Shown here: piece after piece, positions 49,901-58,586 of the stretch
Position numbering within the stretch: position 1 is the stretch's first letter
Layout of the letters: each line of letters opens with the position of its first letter
Assembly (NCBI GenBank): GCA_049510745.1
Contig: JBEKYR010000015.1
Coordinates: 42,858-106,857 of the forward strand
Origin: Verrucomicrobiota bacterium
GTDB lineage: Bacteria; Verrucomicrobiota; Verrucomicrobiia; Limisphaerales; Palsa-1400
Reading direction: 5' to 3'
DNA: 64,000 nucleotides
Position numbers and translations under genes: made by a program
Notes under the pieces: generated by a model
Seen by the model: only the letters and a program-made list of their open reading frames with translations
Database searches by the model: none
Told to the model about the DNA's origin: nothing

Positions 49901-50005
49901 CACGGCCGCGACGGCCAGAAACAGAGCTAACAAAACCGCCACGCGGCTCCAGTGAAACAGGCTCAAAACAATCCGAACCGGCTTGCGTTTAAGGAACGAT
50001 CCCAT
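46964..50005 (-). CDS. AsmA-like / YhdP-like envelope protein
   Basis: 1013 aa with an N-terminal TM, repeated beta-taco-like segments and an AsmA-type C-terminus (LSKVFEYHISGS..NP). Confidence 0.7.
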   Translation of the reverse strand: MGSFLKRKPVRIVLSLFHWSRVAVLLALFLAVAAVTYLHLIGLPDYLKRPLLRHLREKGFEAQFSNMHLGWGPVVVIDNVAFSPANQPSGPRLSAGMAQLALNLNALLHWRLEVDSLAVLEGRLQLPLSATNGDTLSLDDVRLEVALLSNNVAQLREGRASFRGIQIRVRGEVSDFLALRHWKFPFRLGRTPPEDYQAHLRRAAEIIRQIHFEGTPRLDLVVGADGGDMNSLRADLAFTAPEASTPWGETSRFKLRAACAHLLTSGNGPFAQVRLEAERVSTRWGAGSNLSCSATLTRDAGTNFNAAIDFAGSGLEAKWESGAGSKYWVHAGNLRWDGEATVPSTNLAPAALAGTLRVAGADSSWGSASSLNLSCQARRAAPAVLADAAWGEWKRIHPYAIEWQAAATDVKAPKLQIEEAAVEGRWQAPEVAVKKLRAKLYRGHLDSQADLDVATREARLHAALDFDPHKVWPLLTPAAQHWISQFEWSDPPRVQGDLRLVLPPWTNRPDGWQADLRSSVALAGDFSVGPASFRGVAFRSAGSHFTYTNRVWNLPRLRATRPDGAVEMDYTGNEATHEYHFAFDSNLDPADIADWLTPAQQRLLGEAKFSTPPEIHAQAWGRWRDRDTLGFSGTVAAGRFAVRGETVEALNASVEYTNHRVRVAGLRLAREGGALTAPLVTADLNSKQIVLTNVESTLDPGLLRRVLGTNTPGFLDRVHFDTPPRVRASGSFAWNNPLATDVRFMIEGEQFHWTNLTAEKISGEVHWLGRHVAVTNVQARLYRTGTLTGWITFDYVPKHGSSFRTDCAVRDIDLSALARGWTGRSNRLEGLLDGRLTLHSPVAADPHALAGHGYVYVHDALLWDIRLFGILSPVLNVIMPGAGNSRAREASATFTVGNGEVSSDDLEVGATGYRLLYWGKAGLDKQIDARVEADLLRETPVLGPLLRMVLTPLSKVFEYHISGSVLNPAIEPVYIPKVLMLFLRPFHTLKSILPEGPAETPETPPATTPKAAR

Positions 50006-50011
50006 GACTGG

Positions 50012-51844
50012 TCAATGATGGCGGACCGCCCCCGGAACGGACAGGTCCGGCACGACGAAATTCTCGTACAAATCCACCGGAAACTCGAAGATCAACCGTT
50101 CCCCGTCCCGCACCACCGAGGCGTAAGGATGCGAATAGGGCGAACGGGCGCCGAACTCCAGGCGCAAGGTCTCGGTGCGGTCCGGGCGTTGGACGGCAAA
50201 TTCCAGGCGGTAGTCCGTTTGGGCAAACCCGAAGCGTTCCAGGTGGTCCTCGCCCACCCCGTCCCAATAGATGGCCCGCAACTCCCCGATCCGATGCACT
50301 CCTTCTTCCAGCGACGGCGAGTTGATGTACGGCGGGCCGTGATAGCCCGGCGCGAAAGTCCACTCCCCTTGCGGATCGCGCAGAAACTTGCGCGTCCCGC
50401 CCATTTGCTGAACCGTGACACTGATGACGTTGCTCGATTGGAACGTCCAGATGGAACGATCGCGCAACTGCCAGGAGACGCGGGGCAGGCGGTCGAACTC
50501 TTCGCGGCTGATGGTGTTGACGGACGATTCATCCGCCCGGCGCTCGAAGACCCGGCCATTGTGAACGGCCCCAAAGTCGATCTGCGCGGGCGCCAGCCCG
50601 CCGGCCGCCGGGCCGAACTTGACCGTCTCCCGCAGCGCCGGCCGGCTCAATCCGTAATCGGAAAAATCCGCCACCACGGTCTTTTCGATTTCCGTTGCGA
50701 TGTTGGTGAAGCCTGCCAGCCAATCTTCCATCAGCAGCGCATCGGCGGTGAATCTCGTTCCCGCCAGAACCTGCCATTGGCCGTTGCTTTGCTTTTGCGC
50801 CGTGAAGTTATCGTCGCCCCGCACCTCGATGGATTCAATCCAGCTTGGGGGCACGCTGAGGAGGTGCTGGTCCAGAAAATTGGTGTAAGCGCCCTGCCAG
50901 CCCCGCAACGGCTCCCGCGCCACCGCCACAATGTTGCCCGAATCCCCCCGCCGCGCGTAAGCCAGCTCCAGATGATTGCTCGGACTGGCCCCCACTTGCA
51001 GGGCGGCCACCACATTGGTCCCCTGGAGAAACGACAAGTCCAATTCGGGCGTCTGCGGCGACGTCTGCAACCCGTATGGCTCCAGGTCCGCCTGCAAATC
51101 ATCGTTGACAAACGCGCTGACCCGGCACTGCTGGAGCTGGCCCAGCAACTCGTTAATCCGGGCGCTGTCCGCCCGCGCTGGCAAGGGCAGTTTCATAAGC
51201 CAAAAATGATTGGTCGGATCGCGCTCGAATTCGAATTCCTTCCCGGCCGAACGCACGCGCAACGCTCCGAACGGGAGGTTCGTCAGGTCCAGCAGCGTCA
51301 AGTCGCGCCACTGGTTCTTGTCCCGCGGTATGACCCGCAGCACGTCCGTCCCCGCCAGGCAGATGCGGATGTCACCCACGACGGAAAGGAAAACCTGGTC
51401 GCCCAGGGGCGAGAGGGCGCCGATATCCAGGCGGCGCGTCGGACCGGTCCCTTTCAGGACGAGGGAAAACTGCGGCCGGGTGAACCCGAATTGTTCCTGG
51501 GCGTCAGGCCGGTCCTGCAATTCAGCCTCGGTAATGCGGTCCTGCCATTCCAGCTTCGCCAAAACCGCCAGCAACGCTTCGACCCGGTCATCCTGGGCCG
51601 GGTAGGAAATCGGCTGGATCAGCCGCCACTGAGAGCTGCCGGAGCCGGAGCGGCGGGCGGCAATGACGGGCTGGCCCCAAGACTGGATTTCAATGTTGGT
51701 GATCGTGCCGGGGTCGAATCCCGGCAGAACGGCGCGGCTGGCCTGGCGCAGCCGCTCCTGCCGCAACGGACGCTCGACCAGCACGATGAAGGCAAATACA
51801 ACGGCGGTGGCCGCCAGCAAAACCCATGTGGGTCTCCAATTCAT
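50012..51844 (-). CDS. DUF4340-domain protein (three repeats)
   Basis: MNWRPTWVLL N-terminal TM and repeated W.(L/M)..P...AD...YGL..P units. Follows the Gld-like ABC genes. Confidence 0.75.
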   Translation of the reverse strand: MNWRPTWVLLAATAVVFAFIVLVERPLRQERLRQASRAVLPGFDPGTITNIEIQSWGQPVIAARRSGSGSSQWRLIQPISYPAQDDRVEALLAVLAKLEWQDRITEAELQDRPDAQEQFGFTRPQFSLVLKGTGPTRRLDIGALSPLGDQVFLSVVGDIRICLAGTDVLRVIPRDKNQWRDLTLLDLTNLPFGALRVRSAGKEFEFERDPTNHFWLMKLPLPARADSARINELLGQLQQCRVSAFVNDDLQADLEPYGLQTSPQTPELDLSFLQGTNVVAALQVGASPSNHLELAYARRGDSGNIVAVAREPLRGWQGAYTNFLDQHLLSVPPSWIESIEVRGDDNFTAQKQSNGQWQVLAGTRFTADALLMEDWLAGFTNIATEIEKTVVADFSDYGLSRPALRETVKFGPAAGGLAPAQIDFGAVHNGRVFERRADESSVNTISREEFDRLPRVSWQLRDRSIWTFQSSNVISVTVQQMGGTRKFLRDPQGEWTFAPGYHGPPYINSPSLEEGVHRIGELRAIYWDGVGEDHLERFGFAQTDYRLEFAVQRPDRTETLRLEFGARSPYSHPYASVVRDGERLIFEFPVDLYENFVVPDLSVPGAVRHH

Positions 51845-51852
51845 GCCCCTTT

Positions 51853-53352
51853 TCAGTTCCGGCGCCGCAGCCAGACCAACCCGCCCAGGGCCAGCACCGC
51901 TCCCGGCAGGCCGGCCAGAAAGAGCCACTGCACCGTCCGCACCTGCGCGTGCGTCATATATAATTTGTATTCCTGGATGGGCTGGGGCCCCAGGCCGCTG
52001 AACAGCAGTTGCGGACGTTCCAAAAGCCAGTTCAGCGCCAGCCCCGCGAAGTAATGATTTCCCGCCCACGAATCGATCACCAGGTCGTCCAAAAAATCCG
52101 AGTCGCCCGCCACCACGATCCGCGTCCCGCCGCCCCGCGGCGAGCTGACGCCCTGGATGACCCCCTGCTCGACCGCCGCCAGAAGCGGGAACTCCCCCGT
52201 CTGCTTGTTTTCATCCATCCCGGCGGGGCTGGTGCCCGCCAGCACGGTGACTTCCGGCGCCCCAGGCATCTTGCCATGGTCCTCCATCTTGAAGACCGGG
52301 CGCGGCCACACCATGCGGATGGACATCTTTTCGCTCGCCAGCGGATTGACGATGGGATGGGGAAACAAGGTGCCGCTGAAAAAACTCAGCCCGTCGATGT
52401 TGTACTTCTTGTCCAGGTCCACCACGCGCGAGCGGCCCAGCCGCACCCCCCACTGGGCCAGCACCGGCTCCAGGCCGCAGTCGGTGGTCAGCAGCGCCAG
52501 CAATCGTCCCCCTTGTTTCAGATACGCCGCGATCTTGTCCAGTTCCTGCGGCAGGAATTTTCCCTCGTGCGGCCCGGCGATGATGAGCAACTGGCAATCG
52601 GAGGGCACCTCGTTGGTGCCTTGCAGGGAGAGCAGGTCCCAATCGCTGTTGATTTCGTCTTTCAAGATCGCCGCGAATTTCGAGTAGGCGTGCGGACCCA
52701 GTTTCGTGTCCTCCCCCTTCGGATCGCCGGGGTTGTTCTCGCCGTGGCCGAAGAGAAAACAGGCCTTGAGCGCCTGCGGATTGCTCACCGCGTAAATATC
52801 CCCGGTGAAATACATCTCGCCCCGAAACGCGCTCCGCCGCACGTACTTGCTCCGCCCCGCCAGCAGGTCGCTGAAATCATAATCCGCCAGTTGCCGCGCG
52901 TACACGATCTTCGAGTGGCCGTTGCTCTCGAACAGGACAAAATCCTTCTCCGCCAGCCCGCTCAGGCTGTGCTTGGAGAGCAACTCCTTGGCCTCCCCCA
53001 CATACCGGGTGTAGTCGAGCGTTTTGACGCGGATGTGGCGCGGATTGGCGTGTTGGTATTCCCCCAGCAACGCCGCCGTCAGCGAATAGATTTCCGGGTT
53101 GTCGCCGTTGGGCTGGAAAAAGATCGTCACCGAGATGTCGTTCGTCAGGCTGTCCAGCACCCGCCGCGTCTGGGCGGAAAGTTGGAAGGCCGCGTCGCGC
53201 GACCAATGATAGCGTTTGAAATAACCGCCCGCCAGATAGTTGGCCATCACCACCAGGGCCAGCGCCGCCCCCACCGTCAGGGCCGTGTTGAGCGCGATCA
53301 CCCAGCGCTGCGCGCGGGAAAAACTCGGCTGGGGAGGGTCGGCGGCGCTCAT
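51853..53352 (-). CDS. GldG-like ABC transport auxiliary component
   Basis: N-terminal TM, LSAQT..VL..L, F..GHGE, LIIAGP, R.VV.GDSDF, C-terminal TM ending WLRRR. Confidence 0.82.
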   Translation of the reverse strand: MSAADPPQPSFSRAQRWVIALNTALTVGAALALVVMANYLAGGYFKRYHWSRDAAFQLSAQTRRVLDSLTNDISVTIFFQPNGDNPEIYSLTAALLGEYQHANPRHIRVKTLDYTRYVGEAKELLSKHSLSGLAEKDFVLFESNGHSKIVYARQLADYDFSDLLAGRSKYVRRSAFRGEMYFTGDIYAVSNPQALKACFLFGHGENNPGDPKGEDTKLGPHAYSKFAAILKDEINSDWDLLSLQGTNEVPSDCQLLIIAGPHEGKFLPQELDKIAAYLKQGGRLLALLTTDCGLEPVLAQWGVRLGRSRVVDLDKKYNIDGLSFFSGTLFPHPIVNPLASEKMSIRMVWPRPVFKMEDHGKMPGAPEVTVLAGTSPAGMDENKQTGEFPLLAAVEQGVIQGVSSPRGGGTRIVVAGDSDFLDDLVIDSWAGNHYFAGLALNWLLERPQLLFSGLGPQPIQEYKLYMTHAQVRTVQWLFLAGLPGAVLALGGLVWLRRRN

Positions 53353-53353
53353 C

Positions 53354-54103
53354 TTATTTCCACCGCCGGCTTTGCACCACCCGGCAGGCCAGCAGCAAAA
53401 AGAAAAGGGTTGATGTCAAATAGAACACGACGTAACGCGTGTCCACCACCCCGCGGGCGAATTCCTTCATCTGTTCCAAGATGGACACGCAGTTCAGCGC
53501 CTCCACCTGCCAGCTTTTGTCCGGCGCGAACTGGTCCCCCAAAAAACTGGCCAGAAACAGCGCCAGCCCGATGGCAAAACTGATCATCGCCGCCACGATC
53601 TGGCTGCGCGTCAGCGCCGACGCAAAACACCCCACCGCCATGTAAAGTGCCCCCACCAGGAAGATGCCCAAGAACGTGCTGGCCAGCGTCCCGGGGTCCA
53701 GCAGGTTTGAGCCGCGCGCGAAATAACGCAGCACCGCAATGCAGGCCAGCAGCGGCAGCCACATCACCATGAAGAAGATCAGCGCCGCCGTGAACTTGGC
53801 CAGCACCACCTGCCCGTCCCCCACCGGCGCCGTCATCAGCGTTTCGAACGTGCCGGAGAACTTTTCCAGCGCGAAAAGTCTCATCGTGATGATCGGCGCC
53901 GAAAACAGCAGGATCAGCCAGAAACAGAGATTGAGAAATATCTCCGTGATCGGCATCGGCGTCGATTCCCCCTGCAGTTTGGCCAGCAGGCTGACAAAGC
54001 TCAGCCCCATCAAAAAAACCGCCCCGGCAATGACTATGTAGCCAATCCACGAAAAAAAGAAGCTTCCCAGCTCGCGCCGGGTCAGCGTCAAATAAGCCTG
54101 CAT
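53354..54103 (-). CDS. ABC-2 type permease (GldF-like)
   Basis: RRELGSFF.S, PIITMRLFA.EK.SGT.ETL.TAPV, F.S.LT.SQIVAA, F.RG.VD. Confidence 0.88.
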   Translation of the reverse strand: MQAYLTLTRRELGSFFFSWIGYIVIAGAVFLMGLSFVSLLAKLQGESTPMPITEIFLNLCFWLILLFSAPIITMRLFALEKFSGTFETLMTAPVGDGQVVLAKFTAALIFFMVMWLPLLACIAVLRYFARGSNLLDPGTLASTFLGIFLVGALYMAVGCFASALTRSQIVAAMISFAIGLALFLASFLGDQFAPDKSWQVEALNCVSILEQMKEFARGVVDTRYVVFYLTSTLFFLLLACRVVQSRRWK

Positions 54104-55056
54104 CAGCTCGCCTCTTCCTCGCTTTCCGGCCGGGTCAGCCGGATGTACACGTCTTCCAGCGAATGCCGCACCCGCGTCAGTTCGCGCAGCTTCCACCCCC
54201 GCTCCACCACCAGCCCAAAAATACGCGGGCGCAGGTCCTGCCCCGGCGCCGCCGTCAACGAGCACCGGTGATAATCGCCCTCCGTTGGCGCGATGTTGTA
54301 ATCGGCCACTTCCGCCATCTCTTCCCAACAGGCCTTCAACTCCGCCAGCGGCGCGGCGATCTCGGCCACCACGTGCCCGCTTTTGCCCAGCGCCTTGTAC
54401 AGGTTCTCCGGCGTGTCCGCCGCCAGAATCCTGCCCTCCCTCATGATCAGCACCCGGTTGCACATCATCTCGACCTCCGGCAGGATGTGACTGGAGAGCA
54501 GAACGGTATGGCGCCGCCCCAATTCCTTGATCAATTGCCGCACGGTGCGAATCTGGTTCGGGTCCAGCCCGATGGTCGGTTCATCCAGAATGATCAATTC
54601 CGGCTCATGCACCAGCGCGTCCGCCAGCCCCACCCGCTGCCGGTACCCTTTGGAAAGCTGCCCGATTATCCTTTTGCTTACCTCGCCCAGGCCGCATTGG
54701 GCGATGACGGCATCGACTCTCTCCCGCGAGCGGCTGTGGCCCAGGCCCTTGAGCCGCGCCCGGAATTTCAGGTATTCCCGCACGCGCATGTCGTGGTGCA
54801 ACGGATTGTTTTCCGGCATGTAGCCTATACGGCGGCGCACCTCGTCGGCTTGCGTAAAAACATCCAGGCCCGCCACCCGCGCCGTGCCGGAAGTCGCCGG
54901 CAGAAAGCAGGAAAGGATCCGCATGGTGGTGCTTTTGCCCGCGCCGTTATGGCCGATCAATCCCACCACCTCGCCCTGCTCCACCTCGAATGACAAGTCG
55001 GCCACCGCGCTCTTGCCGGCGTATCGCTTGTTCAAATTGGAAACCTCGATCATCAT
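54103..55056 (-). CDS. ABC transporter ATP-binding protein (GldA-like)
   Basis: GHNGAGKST, LSKGYRQRVGLA, ILDEPTIGLDP. Confidence 0.92.
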   Translation of the reverse strand: MMIEVSNLNKRYAGKSAVADLSFEVEQGEVVGLIGHNGAGKSTTMRILSCFLPATSGTARVAGLDVFTQADEVRRRIGYMPENNPLHHDMRVREYLKFRARLKGLGHSRSRERVDAVIAQCGLGEVSKRIIGQLSKGYRQRVGLADALVHEPELIILDEPTIGLDPNQIRTVRQLIKELGRRHTVLLSSHILPEVEMMCNRVLIMREGRILAADTPENLYKALGKSGHVVAEIAAPLAELKACWEEMAEVADYNIAPTEGDYHRCSLTAAPGQDLRPRIFGLVVERGWKLRELTRVRHSLEDVYIRLTRPESEEEAS

Positions 55057-55093
55057 GGCTGTTCCTCGTTCGTCCGCAACCCTGCCGCCTGTC

Positions 55094-56473
55094 CTACCGG
55101 AGCTTAACCTCCGTCGCTCCCTCTTGATAGCCTAAAATCAGATTGCCCCGCGTCCGCGGCACCAGCACCGAAACCTCCGCCGTCTCCCCGGCCTTGATTT
55201 GCGACACGGCCAAGAACGCGTCCAAATAGTTTCCCACCCGCTGGTGGCCGATGGCGTTGACGACGTAGTACTCTTGCAACGACGCCTTTTCCGCCGGGCC
55301 GCCTTTCTCCACCCGCGAAATGAGCAGCCCGCTTTCCAGCCCGCCCAGCCGGCCCAGCCCAAGCTGCTCGACCAAATCCCCCGTCAATTCCTGCAAATCC
55401 ACTCCCAGCCGCTGCCGGAACATCTCCGCAAACGGCATCAGGCGCACCTTGACCTGGCGCAATTCCCCGTCCCGTTGCACGGACAAATCAAAGGTCAGAT
55501 TCGTATTCTCCCGCAGCGCCCGATTGACCTCCATGTAATCCCGCGCCGGTTTGTCGTCCAGCGCGACGATCGTGTCGCCGACCTTCAACCCGGCCTGGCT
55601 GGCCGGGCTGCGCGGCTCGATGTTCTGCACCCGTAGCGGCGGCGCCACGCTCAACCGCGCGCCGAACCAGCGCGAGGCCGTCTCCGGATTGAACACGTCC
55701 CCCAGGGCCTGGCGCACTTCCTTGACCGGAATGGCAAACCCAATGCCCTGCGCCCCCTGTAAAATGGCCACGTTGAGTCCAATCAACTCGGCGTGCAGAT
55801 TGACCAGCGGCCCGCCGCTGTTACCGGGATTGATCAACGCATCGGTTTGCAGCCAGTTCTCCATGCTCAAATCCTCGTTTTCCTTCGGCGCCGCCCGGCG
55901 TTTGGAACTGAGGATGCCCTTGCTGACCGACTCCCCCAAACCAAACGGGTTGCCCAACGCCACCACCGTTTCCCCCAGCAACAGATCGTCGTCCTGCGCG
56001 AACTTGATCGCGTGGAATTTCTCCCCTTTCTTCTTCGCCACGATCTTCAGCAAAGCCACGTCGATCTTCGCCGTCCCCACATACACCGGCTGCACGTCAT
56101 AAACCCCTCCCCCCGCCGCGTCGGACAGTTTCACCTGGATGCGGTTGGCGCGCTTGACCACGTGCAGATTGGTCAGGATATAACCGTCGTCGGAGATAAT
56201 GACCCCCGAGCCGAGCGCGCTGCGCACCCTGGGCTGGGTGGGATAGCCATAAAACCGCCGCCAAAACTCATCAAACGGGTCGCGCGACTCGACAATGCTC
56301 TCCGTCGCCACGTTCACCACGCAAGGCATCACCTCTTCGACCACGTTGACAATGGCGTCGCGCCGAATATCGCTTTGGGCGGGGGCCGGGGCGGCGGCCA
56401 AAGCCGGCAGCGCCAGCGCGCCGGCGGCGGCCCAGCGCGCCAGCCACAGGAAAATGGAATGGGACCTCTGCAT
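55094..56473 (-). CDS. HtrA/DegP-family serine protease with two PDZ domains
   Basis: Signal peptide, GSGVII, TNLHVV, DVALLK, QTDALINPGNSGGPL. Confidence 0.93.
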   Translation of the reverse strand: MQRSHSIFLWLARWAAAGALALPALAAAPAPAQSDIRRDAIVNVVEEVMPCVVNVATESIVESRDPFDEFWRRFYGYPTQPRVRSALGSGVIISDDGYILTNLHVVKRANRIQVKLSDAAGGGVYDVQPVYVGTAKIDVALLKIVAKKKGEKFHAIKFAQDDDLLLGETVVALGNPFGLGESVSKGILSSKRRAAPKENEDLSMENWLQTDALINPGNSGGPLVNLHAELIGLNVAILQGAQGIGFAIPVKEVRQALGDVFNPETASRWFGARLSVAPPLRVQNIEPRSPASQAGLKVGDTIVALDDKPARDYMEVNRALRENTNLTFDLSVQRDGELRQVKVRLMPFAEMFRQRLGVDLQELTGDLVEQLGLGRLGGLESGLLISRVEKGGPAEKASLQEYYVVNAIGHQRVGNYLDAFLAVSQIKAGETAEVSVLVPRTRGNLILGYQEGATEVKLR

Positions 56474-56769
56474 GTTTCTCAGACCGGCGCGCGGGCCGGA
56501 TCAGGACCTGATCCCTTGGCGCCTCGTCGGCGCTTCACTGTGCAAAACCCCGCCGCAAAAAGCAATGCCCGCCTCGGTCCGTCTTGCCTGTCCGTGTCCG
56601 TCCTTATAGTCCTATCCGTCCCTTATTGTCCCCTATGTCCCTGCCCCTCTTCCGCGAAAACAGACCCTGTCGTCGTTTTCAACCAGACTCTTGCAGCAAA
56701 TGCCGGCGGGAAAACACTCCGCCAAACAAGCGGCAGCCATCGTGAAGCGTGCGATTCGTCACGTGCGTA

Positions 56770-56898
56770 ATGAAGACGGCCGTGATCGCGCGCGACCATG
56801 ATTTGACGGTGCTGGAAAAGCCGTTCGGGATCGAGATACAGACTCCACGCGTCTGGCCGGGCGCCTTGACTCGCCCCCAAAGACGGTTGCTGGATTAA
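56770..56898 (+). pseudogene. Internally deleted PIN-domain (TIGR00305-like) toxin remnant
   Basis: The 42-aa ORF MKTAVI-ARDHDLTVLEKPFGIEIQTPR... joins a PIN-like N-terminus directly to a PIN-like C-terminal D.DL..L....I.I.TP motif. Confidence 0.55.
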
Positions 56899-56917
56899 CC
56901 CAAAGGATTCGCGTTGT

Positions 56918-57295
56918 TCAATAACTCAAACGGCGCAGGGAACGCACGCGGTCGAAGGCTTTGTCATTGCTGATTAATGGCTGGCTGAGGTAGCGGGCGA
57001 ATCCGGCGATCCAGGTGTCATTTTCGCCAAGACGCGCTCCCTCGTCCATCAACTCCCGGTCAATCTGCGCGGCAGTGAAGGCGATTTCCGGCTGCAAATT
57101 CAGAATTCGCCAGCGCGACAGGAAAACACGCGCCTGCGGCAAGGTGTCAAATCCCGCCGCAAATTCGCCCGCGGAAATCACGGTGGTGATCAACTGTTGG
57201 CGACGATGCGTCAACAGGAACTTCGAGGCCGGACCCGGCTTCCGGCCGAATTGCTCATTGTAATAGTCCACCAAAAAAGTCGTGTCCGCGATCAT
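56918..57295 (-). CDS. vapC: VapC PIN-domain toxin
   Basis: MIADTTFLVD, S.GE, END.WIA..A, LISND..F.RV. Confidence 0.9.
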   Translation of the reverse strand: MIADTTFLVDYYNEQFGRKPGPASKFLLTHRRQQLITTVISAGEFAAGFDTLPQARVFLSRWRILNLQPEIAFTAAQIDRELMDEGARLGENDTWIAGFARYLSQPLISNDKAFDRVRSLRRLSY

Positions 57296-57534
57296 TGGCT
57301 TCGCTGATGGGGCCGACGGGACCGCCGGCCTCTGCCGGCGCCCAGCAGGGCTGCGCGGCGGGGATTCATGGGCGGCAACTTCACGTTGGCAAACGCTGCC
57401 AGCATTTCCCCGGCTGTCTCACACGGTTCCGGCGCGTGGCGGAGGATGACGTCGGAAAAACTGTCGCCTGCCTGCTTGAGTTTGCGCAAGCGCGCGTGCG
57501 CCTCGGTCGAAATGGTAATGGTCGTAAACGGCAT
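57292..57534 (-). CDS. vapB: VapB-like antitoxin (DUF217-type)
   Basis: TTITISTEAHARLRKLKQAGDSFSDVILR. ATGA overlap with vapC. Confidence 0.85.
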   Translation of the reverse strand: MPFTTITISTEAHARLRKLKQAGDSFSDVILRHAPEPCETAGEMLAAFANVKLPPMNPRRAALLGAGRGRRSRRPHQRSQ

Positions 57535-57658
57535 ACATGATAATTGCATGAAACGTTGCGCCGCGCAAGAGGATTCCCGGCCCCGATCAAGGAGCGGTGC
57601 GGCTGACTTCTTTGGGTCGCCGTTCCTGATCCTACGATTTGATTCAGATTAGAAACTG

Positions 57659-58465
57659 CTAGACCGCGCCCAGGGCGCAGAGCACCGGCGGCACCGGTTG
57701 GGCCGGTTCCCTGAGAAAGTTCCTGACCAGCGGCAGGGCTTCCTTCCAAGCCGCTCCCAAGGGCGGCAGCAAGGCGTCCTCCAGGCTCTGCGGCTCGGGC
57801 AAACGGCCTTCCACCGCCAAGGCGCAGCCCAGCGGCTCGATGGCGTCGATGAGCGCCTGGCGCGCTTCCTCCTCCAAGTCTCCCCCGGCCAGCACCCCGG
57901 CCATTTTTAACTTCCGCGCGGCTTGGGCGCGGTAAGAGGCGGCTTTCTCCCGTTCCGCCTCCGACAAGGGCGGCGGAGCGACGCCCTCATTGGCCGGCCA
58001 GAGGGCGCGGGTGGCGCGCGTTGTTCTTGACACCAAACCCGCCGCCATCAACCGTTGCAGCGCCTCGTCCGTCGCGCGGTCGATGACCTCCAGGCGCACG
58101 GGCGCGAGCGGGTCCGATTGGCCCGGTCCAAAATAATCCTGGTGCAGCGCGCCGAGTTGTTCGCGCCATTGCGCCGAGTCGCGCTCGACGACCACATATA
58201 AGACCGAGTGCGGCCCCTCCTGCGGATAATGTTCTTCGCATCGGAGCAGCGCCCCGTTGATGCGTTCGCGGGCGGCCTGCGCGAAGCCCAGGGGCCGGTC
58301 CGCCGGCAACGGTTTCTTCAATTCGGCCGGGGACGCCTTCTGATCTGCCGGAGGGGCGGCGGTCATCAACTGCTCCAGGCGGCGGCGGTTGATTTCATCT
58401 TCGTCGGTCGTCCGCCAATTGTGGGCGGACGGCGCCGTGATTTCTGCCTGGGCATTCTTTCGCAT
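57659..58465 (-). CDS. Hypothetical protein; possibly an N-/C-terminal fusion remnant of a large SNF2-type helicase
   Basis: The N-terminal HNWRTTDEDEINRRR segment joins abruptly to LEQLM... and a helical C-terminal domain. No helicase motifs remain. The family link is from memory and unverified. Confidence 0.5.
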   Translation of the reverse strand: MRKNAQAEITAPSAHNWRTTDEDEINRRRLEQLMTAAPPADQKASPAELKKPLPADRPLGFAQAARERINGALLRCEEHYPQEGPHSVLYVVVERDSAQWREQLGALHQDYFGPGQSDPLAPVRLEVIDRATDEALQRLMAAGLVSRTTRATRALWPANEGVAPPPLSEAEREKAASYRAQAARKLKMAGVLAGGDLEEEARQALIDAIEPLGCALAVEGRLPEPQSLEDALLPPLGAAWKEALPLVRNFLREPAQPVPPVLCALGAV

Positions 58466-58586
58466 GACCCAGCATTTCCTCCCCGCCGGCGGAGTCAACG
58501 GGCACTTATTGGAAGTTATCGCCCCGTTATTCCCCGGTTGTTCACAAAGCTCCTCTTGACTTTGCCTGCCGCCGGCGCGAAAACTC

